Assembly (NCBI GenBank): GCA_964503755.1
Contig: CAZDBO010000002.1
Span: 128,261 to 192,260 of the forward strand
Source: an uncultured Candidatus Saccharibacteria bacterium
Lineage (GTDB): Bacteria; Patescibacteriota; Dojkabacteria; JAOAGR01
Reading direction: 5' to 3'
DNA: 64,000 bases
Shown one piece after another: positions 20,103-30,394 of the stretch; positions within the stretch are counted from its first letter, which is position 1; each line of letters begins with the position of its first letter. The translations under genes and the position numbers were made by a program. The notes below the pieces were generated by a model. It ran no database searches. It was not told where the DNA came from and worked only from the letters and a program-made list of their open reading frames with translations.

Positions 20103-20570
20103 TTATCTATTTAAATCAAAATAATTATTATTCTGTTTGAGATTTACTAAATTCCAATAAGATTGATATAAAGCCAATTTGTTTTCAAAATTATATATAT
20201 GCTTTGCATATAATATAGCACTAAAAAACATTTCATTCGCATTCGATAAACACACACTTTCTTTTTCGTCAAAATAGATCTCTTCAAGTTTCCAATCGTA
20301 AGATTTTCCATATTTTCTAAATTTAGAAATATAAAAATATAAATATTTTCCACATAATTTAGGATAAAAACCTCGTTCAATTACTTCAAAGTGGCAAAAT
20401 ACCGTCCCAACTAACTTTTTCGAACCACAAACACTGATTTTTTTGTTATCATAAGAATTCAAATTTATTTGCTGTTTATCCAAAAATGATGGAATATCAT
20501 TTAAAACCTGTTTGAGTTTGTACAGTTGTTTCTGCGTAGGCTGGCTATGCTCTAGATCACCCTCTATCAA
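20103..20570 (-). CDS. hypothetical protein, C-terminal fragment of an interrupted ORF (in frame with 20691..20882 across a single TGA)
   Basis: Starts at TTG; the 40 upstream codons to the TGA at 20691-20693 are stop-free in the same frame. Confidence 0.4.
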   Translation of the reverse strand: MIEGDLEHSQPTQKQLYKLKQVLNDIPSFLDKQQINLNSYDNKKISVCGSKKLVGTVFCHFEVIERGFYPKLCGKYLYFYISKFRKYGKSYDWKLEEIYFDEKESVCLSNANEMFFSAILYAKHIYNFENKLALYQSYWNLVNLKQNNNYFDLNR

Positions 20571-20690
20571 TATTGCAATAGACTTTTTACCAACATAAAA
20601 ATTTCCTGAATGAAACTGAGCATAGTCTAAATAACGACAAATATATATTTTGTTCGAATCATCTCGTGATATGCAAAAATGAGACGCAAA

Positions 20691-20882
20691 TCAACTATTT
20701 TGCATATCAAAAATATGTGTATAATTTAAGTTTTGTAAACGAGATTTAACATCAATAATTTGACATTCGTTTGTTCCTGTATGATCTATTACTATTAACT
20801 CTGGTATTTGACGCTGAAAACCTTTATCAAAAGAAGGAAGAACATTTATAACTACGTCATAAACAAATCTATTTTCTTCCAT
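20691..20882 (-). CDS. hypothetical protein, N-terminal fragment of an interrupted ORF
   Basis: 63-aa ORF ending at TGA, in frame with 20103..20570. Confidence 0.4.
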   Translation of the reverse strand: MEENRFVYDVVINVLPSFDKGFQRQIPELIVIDHTGTNECQIIDVKSRLQNLNYTHIFDMQNS

Positions 20883-20986
20883 CCTGTTTGAAATTATATA
20901 ATGAGAATGAATAATTTATCAAAAGGAATTGAAAAAAATGTAATGACCTATTTTCAAAATTGTAACAAATCTGATATTATTAGCGC

Positions 20987-21325
20987 ATGGCAAATTTAGC
21001 TATCATAAAATTATCAGGATCACAGCACCTAGTGTATCCGGGTGATACTCTAAAAGTTAATAAATTAAACATAGATGAAGGTACCGAATTTCAACCAGAA
21101 ATTATATTATCAACAGACAATGGCAATGTTTCTCTAAATTCAGGTAATGTCGTCGCACAAGTCATAAAACACACAAAAGATAAAAAAATGCATGTAATTA
21201 AATTTAGGGCAAAATCACGATATCGAAGAAAAAAAGGTCACAGACAACATGTAAGTATTGTCAAAATTTTATCAATAAATAATCAAACATCAGAAAATAA
21301 TCAACAAAACGAAAGCAAGAATTAA
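20987..21325 (+). CDS. rplU: 50S ribosomal protein L21
   Basis: MANLAIIKLSGSQHLVYPGDTLKVNKL matches the L21 N-terminus (AVIKTGGKQYKV.EGD...V.KL). Confidence 0.9.
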   Translation: MANLAIIKLSGSQHLVYPGDTLKVNKLNIDEGTEFQPEIILSTDNGNVSLNSGNVVAQVIKHTKDKKMHVIKFRAKSRYRRKKGHRQHVSIVKILSINNQTSENNQQNESKN

Positions 21326-21346
21326 TTTTATTAATTAAAAAGCACT

Positions 21347-21613
21347 ATGGCACATAAAGTTTCAGCAGCTTCGTCAGCACGACAAAAAGGTAACGTAATT
21401 GGCAAAAGAAGAGGGCTAAAAGTCTCAGAAGGAGAGTTTGTTAACGCAGGATCCATATTAGTCAGACAATTAGGTACAAAATATTTACCAGGAGTGGGGA
21501 CTTCAGTGGGAAGAGACTTTACTATATTTGCTACAGTTTCGGGTAAGGTTCATTTTACCAAAGGTACAAAAAAGAAGAGAGGTAGAACAGTCGTTAACGT
21601 GATACCTCAATAG
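21347..21613 (+). CDS. rpmA: 50S ribosomal protein L27
   Basis: MAHKVSAASS...GSILVRQLGTKYLPGVGTSVGRDFTIFA matches the L27 consensus (MAHKKG..S.RNGR.S..KRLG.K...G..V.AG.IIVRQRGTK...G.NVG.GRDHTLFA). Confidence 0.95.
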   Translation: MAHKVSAASSARQKGNVIGKRRGLKVSEGEFVNAGSILVRQLGTKYLPGVGTSVGRDFTIFATVSGKVHFTKGTKKKRGRTVVNVIPQ

Positions 21614-21955
21614 ATAGAATTTAGTCATTAATCAAGTAATAATAAAATAATTTTTTATTTTGCTATTCTTCATTTTTGAATTGAAATAATTGATTTATAA
21701 TTTAAAAAATATTAATACCCTTTGTATTGATCTTTAATTTGTTGAAGACATTGTGAACTAGACAAAATCAAAATGATTAAATATGAGGAGTAATAAATTA
21801 ACTATTAATACGATATAAACTTATTATTCTCATGAGAACATTTAAATTTTCTTAGAAGCATAAAAGTAACTTTTTAAGTATATCTGGAGTTTAATTTTCT
21901 ATCATTTTTTGTATCATGAAATATCCAAACTAATAATGCTGATCATTAAAAGCCT

Positions 21956-23383
21956 CTATTTTCCAATTTTTTGTTTAACTATATCTAATAATATTTCTTT
22001 TTGATTTTTACTAGGATCTTCAACGACAATATCATAAAGATAACTCAACATTTCTCCAATATGTTTCCCCTTTAATCCAAGTAATTTCAAATCATTTCCA
22101 TTAACTTTTAGATCAGTTATCTTAAATAAAGCATCTTGTTCTTTTAACTCTGCTACACGTTTAGATAATCGAATGACATCTTCCGGATTAAAGCTTCTAT
22201 GCGGATTCGCTAGAGCATCTGATATTCGAAGTTTTATAAGATCGTCAAAATTTTCATACCCACCAACCTTATTAACAAAACGTCGGATAGCTGCATCTGA
22301 CCAACCACGCTTAAATGATTCATTACGCATTATTTTTTCCTCTGATGCATCTCCATCAGAAGTAGTTATATAAAACATATGCCAACGAACTAGATTAGTA
22401 ATCTTTTCGATTTGATTTTTAGGAAATTTCAATCGTGTAAGTATCGATTTTGTCATCTCTGCACCAACTTTATCATGACCATAGAAATGTTCACCATCTT
22501 TGGTTCGTGGTTTTCCAATATCATGAAAAAGCGCTGCAAATCTTATCTCTACTGGTGCAATATCTAAAGTACGAAGATAATGATCGTATATATTATCGAC
22601 ATGATATCTGTTATGTTTCATTCCATATCCTTCTAAAAGCTCCGGTATGAAAATTTGTAAAATACCTGTCTGACGTAATAGTTCAATTCCATAAGATGGC
22701 GTAGGACTTTTCTCAACAAGTTTTATTAGTTCATCTCGGACCCTTTCAATGCTTAGATTTTTTACTAAATCTACATTTCTAAGTATTGATTCAAATGTGC
22801 TTGGCTCTATCTGAAAAGACAAACAAGAAGCAAGTCTACATGCTCTGAGCATCCTTAATGCATCCTCCTGAAACCTCTCATCAGGATTTCCTACTGCTTT
22901 AATAATTTTATTTTTCAAATCATTTTTACCATCAAATAAATCAATAACATAATCAAAAAATAACTCGTGTGTTAGTGAATCATGTTGTGAAATATCAATG
23001 AGTCTTATAGCAAAAGAATTAATTGTGAAATCTCTTCTTCTTAGATCTTCATCTAAACTTCTTGTAAACTCTACATGTGATGGCCATCTACTGGCAATAT
23101 ATTCTTTTTCTGATCTAAAGGTAGTTATCTGAACTTCATCTAATCCATCATTTGGATCTAATAAAACAGTAACAGTACCAAATTTGATCCCTGTCGGTAC
23201 CGAAGTGGGGAAGATATTCATCACTTCTTCGGGGGTAGCTGATGTAGTAATGTCATAATCTTTCGGTTCTTTACCAAGCAAAATATCACGTACCGAACCA
23301 CCAACCAAATAAGCCTCAAATCCATTTTTCTCTAATCTTTCTGCAACATGGAATATCGGTTTTGGTAAATTTATAAATCCCAT
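21956..23383 (-). CDS. cca: CCA-adding tRNA nucleotidyltransferase with HD domain
   Basis: PolyA-polymerase head motif LVGGSVRDILLGKEPKDYDITT; tRNA-NT body; C-terminal HD motif LFHDIGKP. Confidence 0.8.
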   Translation of the reverse strand: MGFINLPKPIFHVAERLEKNGFEAYLVGGSVRDILLGKEPKDYDITTSATPEEVMNIFPTSVPTGIKFGTVTVLLDPNDGLDEVQITTFRSEKEYIASRWPSHVEFTRSLDEDLRRRDFTINSFAIRLIDISQHDSLTHELFFDYVIDLFDGKNDLKNKIIKAVGNPDERFQEDALRMLRACRLASCLSFQIEPSTFESILRNVDLVKNLSIERVRDELIKLVEKSPTPSYGIELLRQTGILQIFIPELLEGYGMKHNRYHVDNIYDHYLRTLDIAPVEIRFAALFHDIGKPRTKDGEHFYGHDKVGAEMTKSILTRLKFPKNQIEKITNLVRWHMFYITTSDGDASEEKIMRNESFKRGWSDAAIRRFVNKVGGYENFDDLIKLRISDALANPHRSFNPEDVIRLSKRVAELKEQDALFKITDLKVNGNDLKLLGLKGKHIGEMLSYLYDIVVEDPSKNQKEILLDIVKQKIGK

Positions 23384-24390
23384 TATAAATATTTTAAAAC
23401 ATTATAAGCATCAATATATCTTTGCTTTGAATTGAGTATGACAACAATGTATGTTTTTTTATTATAAGATTGATATAAAAGAAACAGATTTTCTCCTGCC
23501 ATAGGAGTAGTACCTGTTTTCCCACCAATTACGCCAGAATAATTATTCGTTAAAAGATTATTCGTGTTATATAAATCATATCTGATACCGCTTGTGTCAT
23601 CTATAATAAATGAATATCTTATTCCTAACACATCACGAATAACAGTATCTTTTAAACAGAATTTGATTATTTTTAATAAATCAGACGCACTCGAATAATG
23701 ATTTCCTCCATCATCATAGCCTGCTGGATTGGTAAAATTTGTTTGCTTAAGTTTTAATAACTTTTTATATTTTTCAAATTGTTCATTAAAATTCAATTTG
23801 TCAAAAAATGCAAAAGCAACTTGATTATTACTAGCAATCAAAAGTGCTTTAATACCATCATAAGTAGAAATTAGACTACCTTCAGGAAAATTTAATGCAC
23901 TACCAGAATAATATATATGTTCTTTTTTAATTTCGACTAAATCATCTAAATCATAATTATCTATTACGATTTTTGCCGTCAACAATTTAGTTAAACTAGC
24001 AACAGAAGTCGGGGTATCTGGATTTTTAGAAAAGATTATAGAATCAAGATCATAATCGTATACAATAACGGACTTTGCATCAAGATTTGGAATAAATATC
24101 TCATTTGTATTTTCTTTTCTTTGAAAAGTATAAACATATTCATAGTTTTTTACGTAATCTCTTTGCAAAAATTTATTTATCTTTTCTTTATTATATTGAA
24201 AGGAACTATTATTAATTAATACAAAACCAAATATAAAAATAACGATATAAACTATTAAAAATAACACTATCAATTTTTTAAAAAATGAATGATAAGAAAA
24301 GTTCTGATAATTTTTCAGAGGGGAATTATTTATCGAGTTTTTATCTATCTTTTGTACATCAAATACAGTTTTATCTTTACTTTTATCCAT
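23383..24390 (-). CDS. dacA: D-alanyl-D-alanine carboxypeptidase (peptidase S11, low-molecular-weight PBP)
   Basis: N-terminal TM; SxxK (SVASLTK), SxN-like motif and KTG (GGKTGTT) in the expected order. Confidence 0.7.
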   Translation of the reverse strand: MDKSKDKTVFDVQKIDKNSINNSPLKNYQNFSYHSFFKKLIVLFLIVYIVIFIFGFVLINNSSFQYNKEKINKFLQRDYVKNYEYVYTFQRKENTNEIFIPNLDAKSVIVYDYDLDSIIFSKNPDTPTSVASLTKLLTAKIVIDNYDLDDLVEIKKEHIYYSGSALNFPEGSLISTYDGIKALLIASNNQVAFAFFDKLNFNEQFEKYKKLLKLKQTNFTNPAGYDDGGNHYSSASDLLKIIKFCLKDTVIRDVLGIRYSFIIDDTSGIRYDLYNTNNLLTNNYSGVIGGKTGTTPMAGENLFLLYQSYNKKTYIVVILNSKQRYIDAYNVLKYL

Positions 24391-24432
24391 TCAGATTTGT
24401 TATAATTTAGACTGTTAATTTTACAAAATTTT

Positions 24433-25416
24433 ATGAAAATAAGTGTAACAGGAATAAAACCAACAGGTAGTTTGCATCTAGGGCACTACTCAGGTGTGAT
24501 CTCACAAATACGTGATCTATCAAAAGAAACAAAATTATTCGCTTTTGTGGCTGATTTGCATGCAATGACAATACCTTGGGAACCCGAATTACTACAATCT
24601 AATACGGAAGAAATCATCAAAATGATATTAGCAAGTGATATAAATCTTGATAACACAGTATTGTTTTTGCAATCAGATAATCCTGATCATACTTATCTTT
24701 CGTGGATTTTTGAAGGTATTACAGCATTCGGAAGATTAAAAACGATGATTGAATTTAAAGAATTATCTCAAAGATACAAAGGATTTTCTGTCAGCATTCT
24801 GACATATCCAGTACTAATGGCAGCTGACATTTTACTTTACAACGCTGACTATGTCCCTGTAGGTGAGGATCAAAGACAACATGTAGAACTTACAGCCGAT
24901 ATTGCAAGAAAATTTAATCAACTATTTGGTGAAACATTTACCATACCTCAAGCTGTAATTAAAACTTATGGAAGAAGAATAAAATCACTACAAGATCCAA
25001 CCCAGAAAATGAGTAAAAGTATTAAAGATCCACTCGGCACAATAAATCTTTCCGATGATCCAGATGAAGCTGCTAGAAAAATACTTAAAGCAGTCACAGA
25101 TTCAGAAAACGAAATAAGATATGATGAAGAACAAAAACCTGGTATATCAAACCTAATTGAGATTTATTCTATTTTAACCAATACAGAAATAGATAACATA
25201 GTTAATAAATACACTGGTAGTTCATACAAAGCTTTCAAAGAAGACTTAGCATATATAGTAAAAGATTTTCTTTCAAAATTACAATCGAATTACAAGAGAA
25301 TAGAATCCGACAAATCATATCTTAGAAAAATAATTAAGGAAGGAGCAATGAAAGCAATGGAATATTCATCTACGGTTATAGAAGATGTAAAAAGAAAAGT
25401 TGGATTATATATTTAA
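24433..25416 (+). CDS. trpS: tryptophanyl-tRNA synthetase
   Basis: Class I motifs: HIGH-like TGSLHLGHY and KMSKS; about 327 aa, typical TrpS size. Confidence 0.9.
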   Translation: MKISVTGIKPTGSLHLGHYSGVISQIRDLSKETKLFAFVADLHAMTIPWEPELLQSNTEEIIKMILASDINLDNTVLFLQSDNPDHTYLSWIFEGITAFGRLKTMIEFKELSQRYKGFSVSILTYPVLMAADILLYNADYVPVGEDQRQHVELTADIARKFNQLFGETFTIPQAVIKTYGRRIKSLQDPTQKMSKSIKDPLGTINLSDDPDEAARKILKAVTDSENEIRYDEEQKPGISNLIEIYSILTNTEIDNIVNKYTGSSYKAFKEDLAYIVKDFLSKLQSNYKRIESDKSYLRKIIKEGAMKAMEYSSTVIEDVKRKVGLYI

Positions 25417-26626
25417 TCATTCTTCAATGTTTAAACTATTATATAAAGAAGGGAATAGAAGGTTAGGTATTTTAAAGACCAAGTCAGGATTTATTATCAC
25501 TCCAGCTTTTGGTCCTGACGCCACTAAAGGAAATATTAAATTTCTGTTTTATGAAGATTTTTTTAATTTGTCAGGAAATACTATTTCAGATAACCACGCT
25601 AATGTGATGTCAGAAAATAAATTAATATTCACAGCTAAAGATCTTTTCTTAAACGATGAAATACAATTTATACTAACAAACACTTATCACATGACATCTT
25701 ATCCTGGTGCTGAATTTATACACGACATGGGAGGAATACATGAATTTATGAGATGGAAACGTCCTATCCTTACAGACAGTGGTGGATTTCAAGTTTTTAG
25801 CCTGATACATGCCTCACAAAAACTAAAAGGTAAATTAACAGATGACGGTGCCTTTTTTATAGATCCAACATCAGGAACAAAAGTAACATTAACTCCCGAA
25901 AGTGCAATAGAAATTCAATTCAAACTCAACTCAGATCTTATGGTAGTTTTAGATGATTGTAGACATTATCAAGATCATAAAGAATTAAAAAAATCAGTTT
26001 ATAGAACAATCGAATGGGCGAAGAGATGTAAAAAAAGATTTGATGAACTAGTCAGTCAAAACATACAAAATAATCCTTCATATCAAAGACCGTTACTTTT
26101 TGCTGTGATTCAAGGAGGAACGAATTATGAACTTAGAAAATATTGTGTAGAAAAATTGTTAGAAATAGGTTTCGATGGATACGGTTTCGGTGGTTGGGCA
26201 ATAAATGAAAAAGAATATTTTCCGTATGATTTACTAGAATATGTGGCAAAGTTACTGCCAGAAAACAAACCACGCTATGCAATGGGGGTAGGTTCACCAG
26301 AGAATATTATCAAATGTATTGAATATGGTTACGATTTATTTGACTGTGTAATACCATCTAGAAATGGACGCCATGGCTTAGTATACACAACACAAGGCCA
26401 AATCAAGATCAATCAATCAAAGTATAAAAAAGACAAATCTTCGCTAGATCCAAGTCTTAAATCACAAGTAAATCAAATCCCAAAATATTATATTCACCAC
26501 TTATTTAAGACCAATGACCCAGCTGGAGGAAGGATATTAACTATACAAAATCTTAAATATTATAATTATCTAATTAGAACGCAATTCACGAACTTATCTT
26601 CTTTAGACGAGCAAATTTTTGAATAA
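25400..26626 (+). CDS. tgt: queuine tRNA-ribosyltransferase (tRNA-guanine transglycosylase)
   Basis: Catalytic LTDSGGFQVFSL, QGG (VIQGGTNYELR), FDCVIPSRNGRHG and YIHHL; start may instead be the internal Met at 25427. Confidence 0.85.
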   Translation: MDYIFNHSSMFKLLYKEGNRRLGILKTKSGFIITPAFGPDATKGNIKFLFYEDFFNLSGNTISDNHANVMSENKLIFTAKDLFLNDEIQFILTNTYHMTSYPGAEFIHDMGGIHEFMRWKRPILTDSGGFQVFSLIHASQKLKGKLTDDGAFFIDPTSGTKVTLTPESAIEIQFKLNSDLMVVLDDCRHYQDHKELKKSVYRTIEWAKRCKKRFDELVSQNIQNNPSYQRPLLFAVIQGGTNYELRKYCVEKLLEIGFDGYGFGGWAINEKEYFPYDLLEYVAKLLPENKPRYAMGVGSPENIIKCIEYGYDLFDCVIPSRNGRHGLVYTTQGQIKINQSKYKKDKSSLDPSLKSQVNQIPKYYIHHLFKTNDPAGGRILTIQNLKYYNYLIRTQFTNLSSLDEQIFE

Positions 26627-28904
26627 CTTTCTTTTTACCAGAAATATCAAAATCAACAACAATCATATCATCATATATATCATCGACTTTTCCATAACCA
26701 AATACTTTATGAAAAACCCTATCACCGATATCAATATAATCATTTGTACTTATTGATTCTGTTTCTTCAACAAAATTATTCATTGTAATATTATTTAAAG
26801 TAGAAAAAGCTGTTATTTTATTCAACAAATGTTCAGGTATATCTTCTAAGAATCTTGAAACTCTATTTGATTGAGTGGAATTGTAATAATTTCTATTTAA
26901 AGCATATGTCATATAAAGATTCTTTTTAGCTCGTGTTATTGCTACATAAGCTAATCTTCTTTCTTCCTCTATTTCTTTTAGATCAACAAGAGAGCGAGAA
27001 TGTGGAAAAATACCTTCTTCCATGCCAACGATAAATACTGTCTCAAACTCCAAACCTTTTGATGCATGAATAGTCATAAGTGTGACTACATTATCATTAT
27101 TTTCTTTTCTTTCCTGTATATTTTCTAACAAAGATACATCTTCTAAAAGTTTATGTAATGCTGTGTATGTATCTAAGCTGTCATATTTAGATGCAACATT
27201 TGCCAATTCAGAAAGATTTTCTATTCTTGATTCATAATCATGAAAACTGTCTTTTAATGCTTCTTTATAATTTATTAGATCTATTAAATAATCCATAAAA
27301 TCTGAAAGAGGATATAAAAACAAAGCTTTATATAATCTATAAATCACTTCACCGAAATTAACAATTGATTTGGATTGTATCGTTTTATAGCCTTGATATT
27401 TTGATCTTAAATTTCCAATAAATATAGTAAAATTTGGGTGATCCGAATCAAGATTTATAATCTCATCCATAGCCAAATCTTCTTGTGCTTTAATATTATT
27501 ATTTTGAATTTCACTTATTCCAAAAACCTCATCTATATCATTATAAGTCATGTTTTTATATCTATCTAAAAAATAAGATATTAGCAAAGTATCAACAGGA
27601 GTAATATTTTGTTCTTTTGAAAAATCCAAAATATCTGTTATTGTTTTTGGACCAATACCTCGAGTAGGGAAGTTGATGATTCGATTTAAAGATAAAACAT
27701 CTTTTTTATTAACTAATATTCTTAAGTAAGCAATTATGTCCTTTATTTCTTTTCTTTCATAAAATCTCTGTCCTCCTACAATCTTATAAGGAAGCCTAGA
27801 CTTTAAAAAACCCTCCTCTAAATATCGACTCTGCGAATTAGCTCTAAACAATACTGCTACCTCCTTTAAATTGTTAACAAATTTATTTTTAATTTCTCTG
27901 ACAACAAAATTCGCTTCATCCTGTTCATTTTGAGCTTCGTATACATTTATGAGCGGACCATTTTTATTTACCGACCAAAGAGATTTTTCCCTTCGTGTTG
28001 AATTTTTTGATATTACATGATTAGCCGCATCAAGTATAATCTGCGTAGATCTATAATTTTGTTCCAGCTTTACTATTTTAGCTTCCGGAAAATCTTTTTC
28101 AAAATTAAGAATATTAGTGATATCAGCGCCACGCCAGGCATAAATGGATTGGTCATCATCACCAACTACAGTCAAATTTCTTTTTTGTGAAGATAATAAT
28201 TTTATAAGTTCATATTGTATCTTATTAGTATCCTGATACTCATCTACTAAAATTAAATCAAATTTATCAATATATTTTTCTAAAACAGTCTGATTAGACT
28301 TAAACAACAAAACAACCTTCAATAAAAGGTCATCAAAATCAACTCCGTTTCTTTCTTCCAATAAATTTTGATAAATAGAGTAAATTTTCGCGACTACTTC
28401 TGTAAAATAATCATTTACAAAATTCGTATATTTTTCTGGAGTTAAAAAATCATTTTTTGCCGAAGAAATAGCCCATTGTATTGCACCTGGACTTACCTCT
28501 TTGGAGTCTAAATTAGCTATTTTTAAAGCCTCTTTGATCAAATCTTTTTGATCATCCGTGTCATAAATAGTAAAACTAGGTTCGATGCCTATATATTTTC
28601 CATCGATTCTCAAAACCTTTACACAAATACTATGAAATGTCCCTAAAAAAGGAAAATCTACATCTTTTTTTACAATTTTTCTAATCCTCTCCTTCATTTC
28701 AGCTGCTGCTTTGTTTGTAAATGTAACCCCAAGAATCTTACTCGAACTCATACCATTGGCACAAAAAAAGCCAATACGATGAGTTAGTACTTTTGTTTTA
28801 CCAGATCCTGCACCAGCCAATATGAGTAATGGCGAATTCTCATGAAGCACGGCCTGAGCCTGTGCCTCATTTAAATCTTTGATAAAATCATCATGTATAG
28901 TCAC
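26586..28904 (-). CDS. pcrA: ATP-dependent DNA helicase PcrA/UvrD family
   Basis: Walker A AGAGSGKT, motif II DEYQDT, helicase motifs through VI (VAITRAK), C-terminal Tudor-like tail; 3' end overlaps the tgt 3' end convergently by 41 nt. Confidence 0.85.
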   Translation of the reverse strand: MTIHDDFIKDLNEAQAQAVLHENSPLLILAGAGSGKTKVLTHRIGFFCANGMSSSKILGVTFTNKAAAEMKERIRKIVKKDVDFPFLGTFHSICVKVLRIDGKYIGIEPSFTIYDTDDQKDLIKEALKIANLDSKEVSPGAIQWAISSAKNDFLTPEKYTNFVNDYFTEVVAKIYSIYQNLLEERNGVDFDDLLLKVVLLFKSNQTVLEKYIDKFDLILVDEYQDTNKIQYELIKLLSSQKRNLTVVGDDDQSIYAWRGADITNILNFEKDFPEAKIVKLEQNYRSTQIILDAANHVISKNSTRREKSLWSVNKNGPLINVYEAQNEQDEANFVVREIKNKFVNNLKEVAVLFRANSQSRYLEEGFLKSRLPYKIVGGQRFYERKEIKDIIAYLRILVNKKDVLSLNRIINFPTRGIGPKTITDILDFSKEQNITPVDTLLISYFLDRYKNMTYNDIDEVFGISEIQNNNIKAQEDLAMDEIINLDSDHPNFTIFIGNLRSKYQGYKTIQSKSIVNFGEVIYRLYKALFLYPLSDFMDYLIDLINYKEALKDSFHDYESRIENLSELANVASKYDSLDTYTALHKLLEDVSLLENIQERKENNDNVVTLMTIHASKGLEFETVFIVGMEEGIFPHSRSLVDLKEIEEERRLAYVAITRAKKNLYMTYALNRNYYNSTQSNRVSRFLEDIPEHLLNKITAFSTLNNITMNNFVEETESISTNDYIDIGDRVFHKVFGYGKVDDIYDDMIVVDFDISGKKKVIQKFARLKKISS

Positions 28905-29019
28905 AGATCAATTATAAAAAATTAGTGCACATTTACCATTAACTCATATAATATTAATATGTTTATACAAAATTATTTTTCTATGAATTACACTTATATT
29001 TATGTTATCTTAAATACTG

Positions 29020-30087
29020 ATGGATGAAATAAATGTAAAATTAAATAGGATCTCAGAAAAAATAAACTTAAATCGACTCGAATCTGAACTTAATGCAATA
29101 AATGACCTACTATCTGATAGCACAATTTGGAATAATCCAGAAAAAGCCAAGACTCTTTTACAAAAACAATCTCAAATCAAAAAGAGAATAGACCAAATCC
29201 GATCTATCCAAAAAGAAGTAGATACATTAAACACATTTTACGAAGAATACTCAACACTTGAAATAGAATTACAAAAAGAACTAGATACAGAAAAGGAAAA
29301 AATAAAGCAAAAAATTTATGAGCTAGAAATACAAATTTTCTTGAATGGTAAATACGACGAAGGGAATGCAATAGTTTCTATTCATGCTGGTCAGGGGGGT
29401 ACTGAAGCTTGTGATTGGACTGAGATGCTATTTCGTATGTATAGCATGTATTGCAAAAAGAAAGGGTGGGAGATAGAGGTAATAGATATTATTCAAGGAA
29501 ACGAAGCTGGGATTTCTAAAGTAGTATTCGAAGTAAAAGGATATCTAGCTTATGGGTATCTGAAAAAAGAATCCGGTGTACATAGATTAGTTCGTATCTC
29601 GCCATTTAACGCTCAAGGACTTAGACAAACATCGTTTGCTGGGGTAGAAGTACTACCAGTGATTGATAATGATATCGATATAGAAATCAAACCAGAGGAC
29701 GTAGTAATGACCACTGCACGCTCAGGTGGCGCTGGTGGTCAAAACGTGAATAAAGTTAACACGAAAGTTATTCTTTTACATTTACCAACGGGTATTCAGG
29801 TCCAATGCTCTAGCGAACGCTCACAGGTCCAAAATAGAGAACAGGCAATGAAATTATTAAAAGCAAAACTTTACCAAATAGAACAAGAAAAACTAGAGAA
29901 GGAAAAATCACAAATAAAAGGTGAACACAAAATATTCGGTTGGGGAAATCAAATACGCAATTATGTCCTACATCCTTACAAATTAGTCAAAGATTTACGT
30001 ACTGATGTAGAGACCGATCAAGCTGAGGATGTGTTAAATGGCGAAATTGATTTGTTTATAAATGCAGAAATAACAAAATTAGATTAA
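29020..30087 (+). CDS. prfB: peptide chain release factor 2
   Basis: SPF tripeptide (RISPFNAQG) specific to RF2; GGQ motif ([12 protein letters not shown]); continuous ORF with no programmed +1 frameshift. Confidence 0.9.
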   Translation: MDEINVKLNRISEKINLNRLESELNAINDLLSDSTIWNNPEKAKTLLQKQSQIKKRIDQIRSIQKEVDTLNTFYEEYSTLEIELQKELDTEKEKIKQKIYELEIQIFLNGKYDEGNAIVSIHAGQGGTEACDWTEMLFRMYSMYCKKKGWEIEVIDIIQGNEAGISKVVFEVKGYLAYGYLKKESGVHRLVRISPFNAQGLRQTSFAGVEVLPVIDNDIDIEIKPEDVVMTTARSGGAGGQNVNKVNTKVILLHLPTGIQVQCSSERSQVQNREQAMKLLKAKLYQIEQEKLEKEKSQIKGEHKIFGWGNQIRNYVLHPYKLVKDLRTDVETDQAEDVLNGEIDLFINAEITKLD

Positions 30088-30394
30088 ACTTTTATCTTAA
30101 ATTTTTTATTGAATTAGACAATCTTAAAATACATTATAAAAATTATTTACTAACAATAAAAAGTACATAGTAACGGATATTTTTAATGATTCGGAATGTT
30201 GTACATATTTTCTTCTTTGATTTTGATTTGTAGGCAAGCTTTATTTACATTTAAATAGATAAAATAATTTCAAAAGTAATTATCATAAAATATTGATTTT
30301 GAAAAAATGTAAAAATATAATCTATTTTATAAAATAATTAAACACCTCAATAAAAGAATATAAAAGCAATAACAACTTTTCGAATAATAAGAAT

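Noticed and set aside
29020-29120. Looked for the programmed +1 frameshift site (CUU UGA C) near the 5' end of prfB
   Set aside because: The ORF is continuous from its ATG with a complete RF2 N-terminus. There is no frameshift in this organism's prfB.
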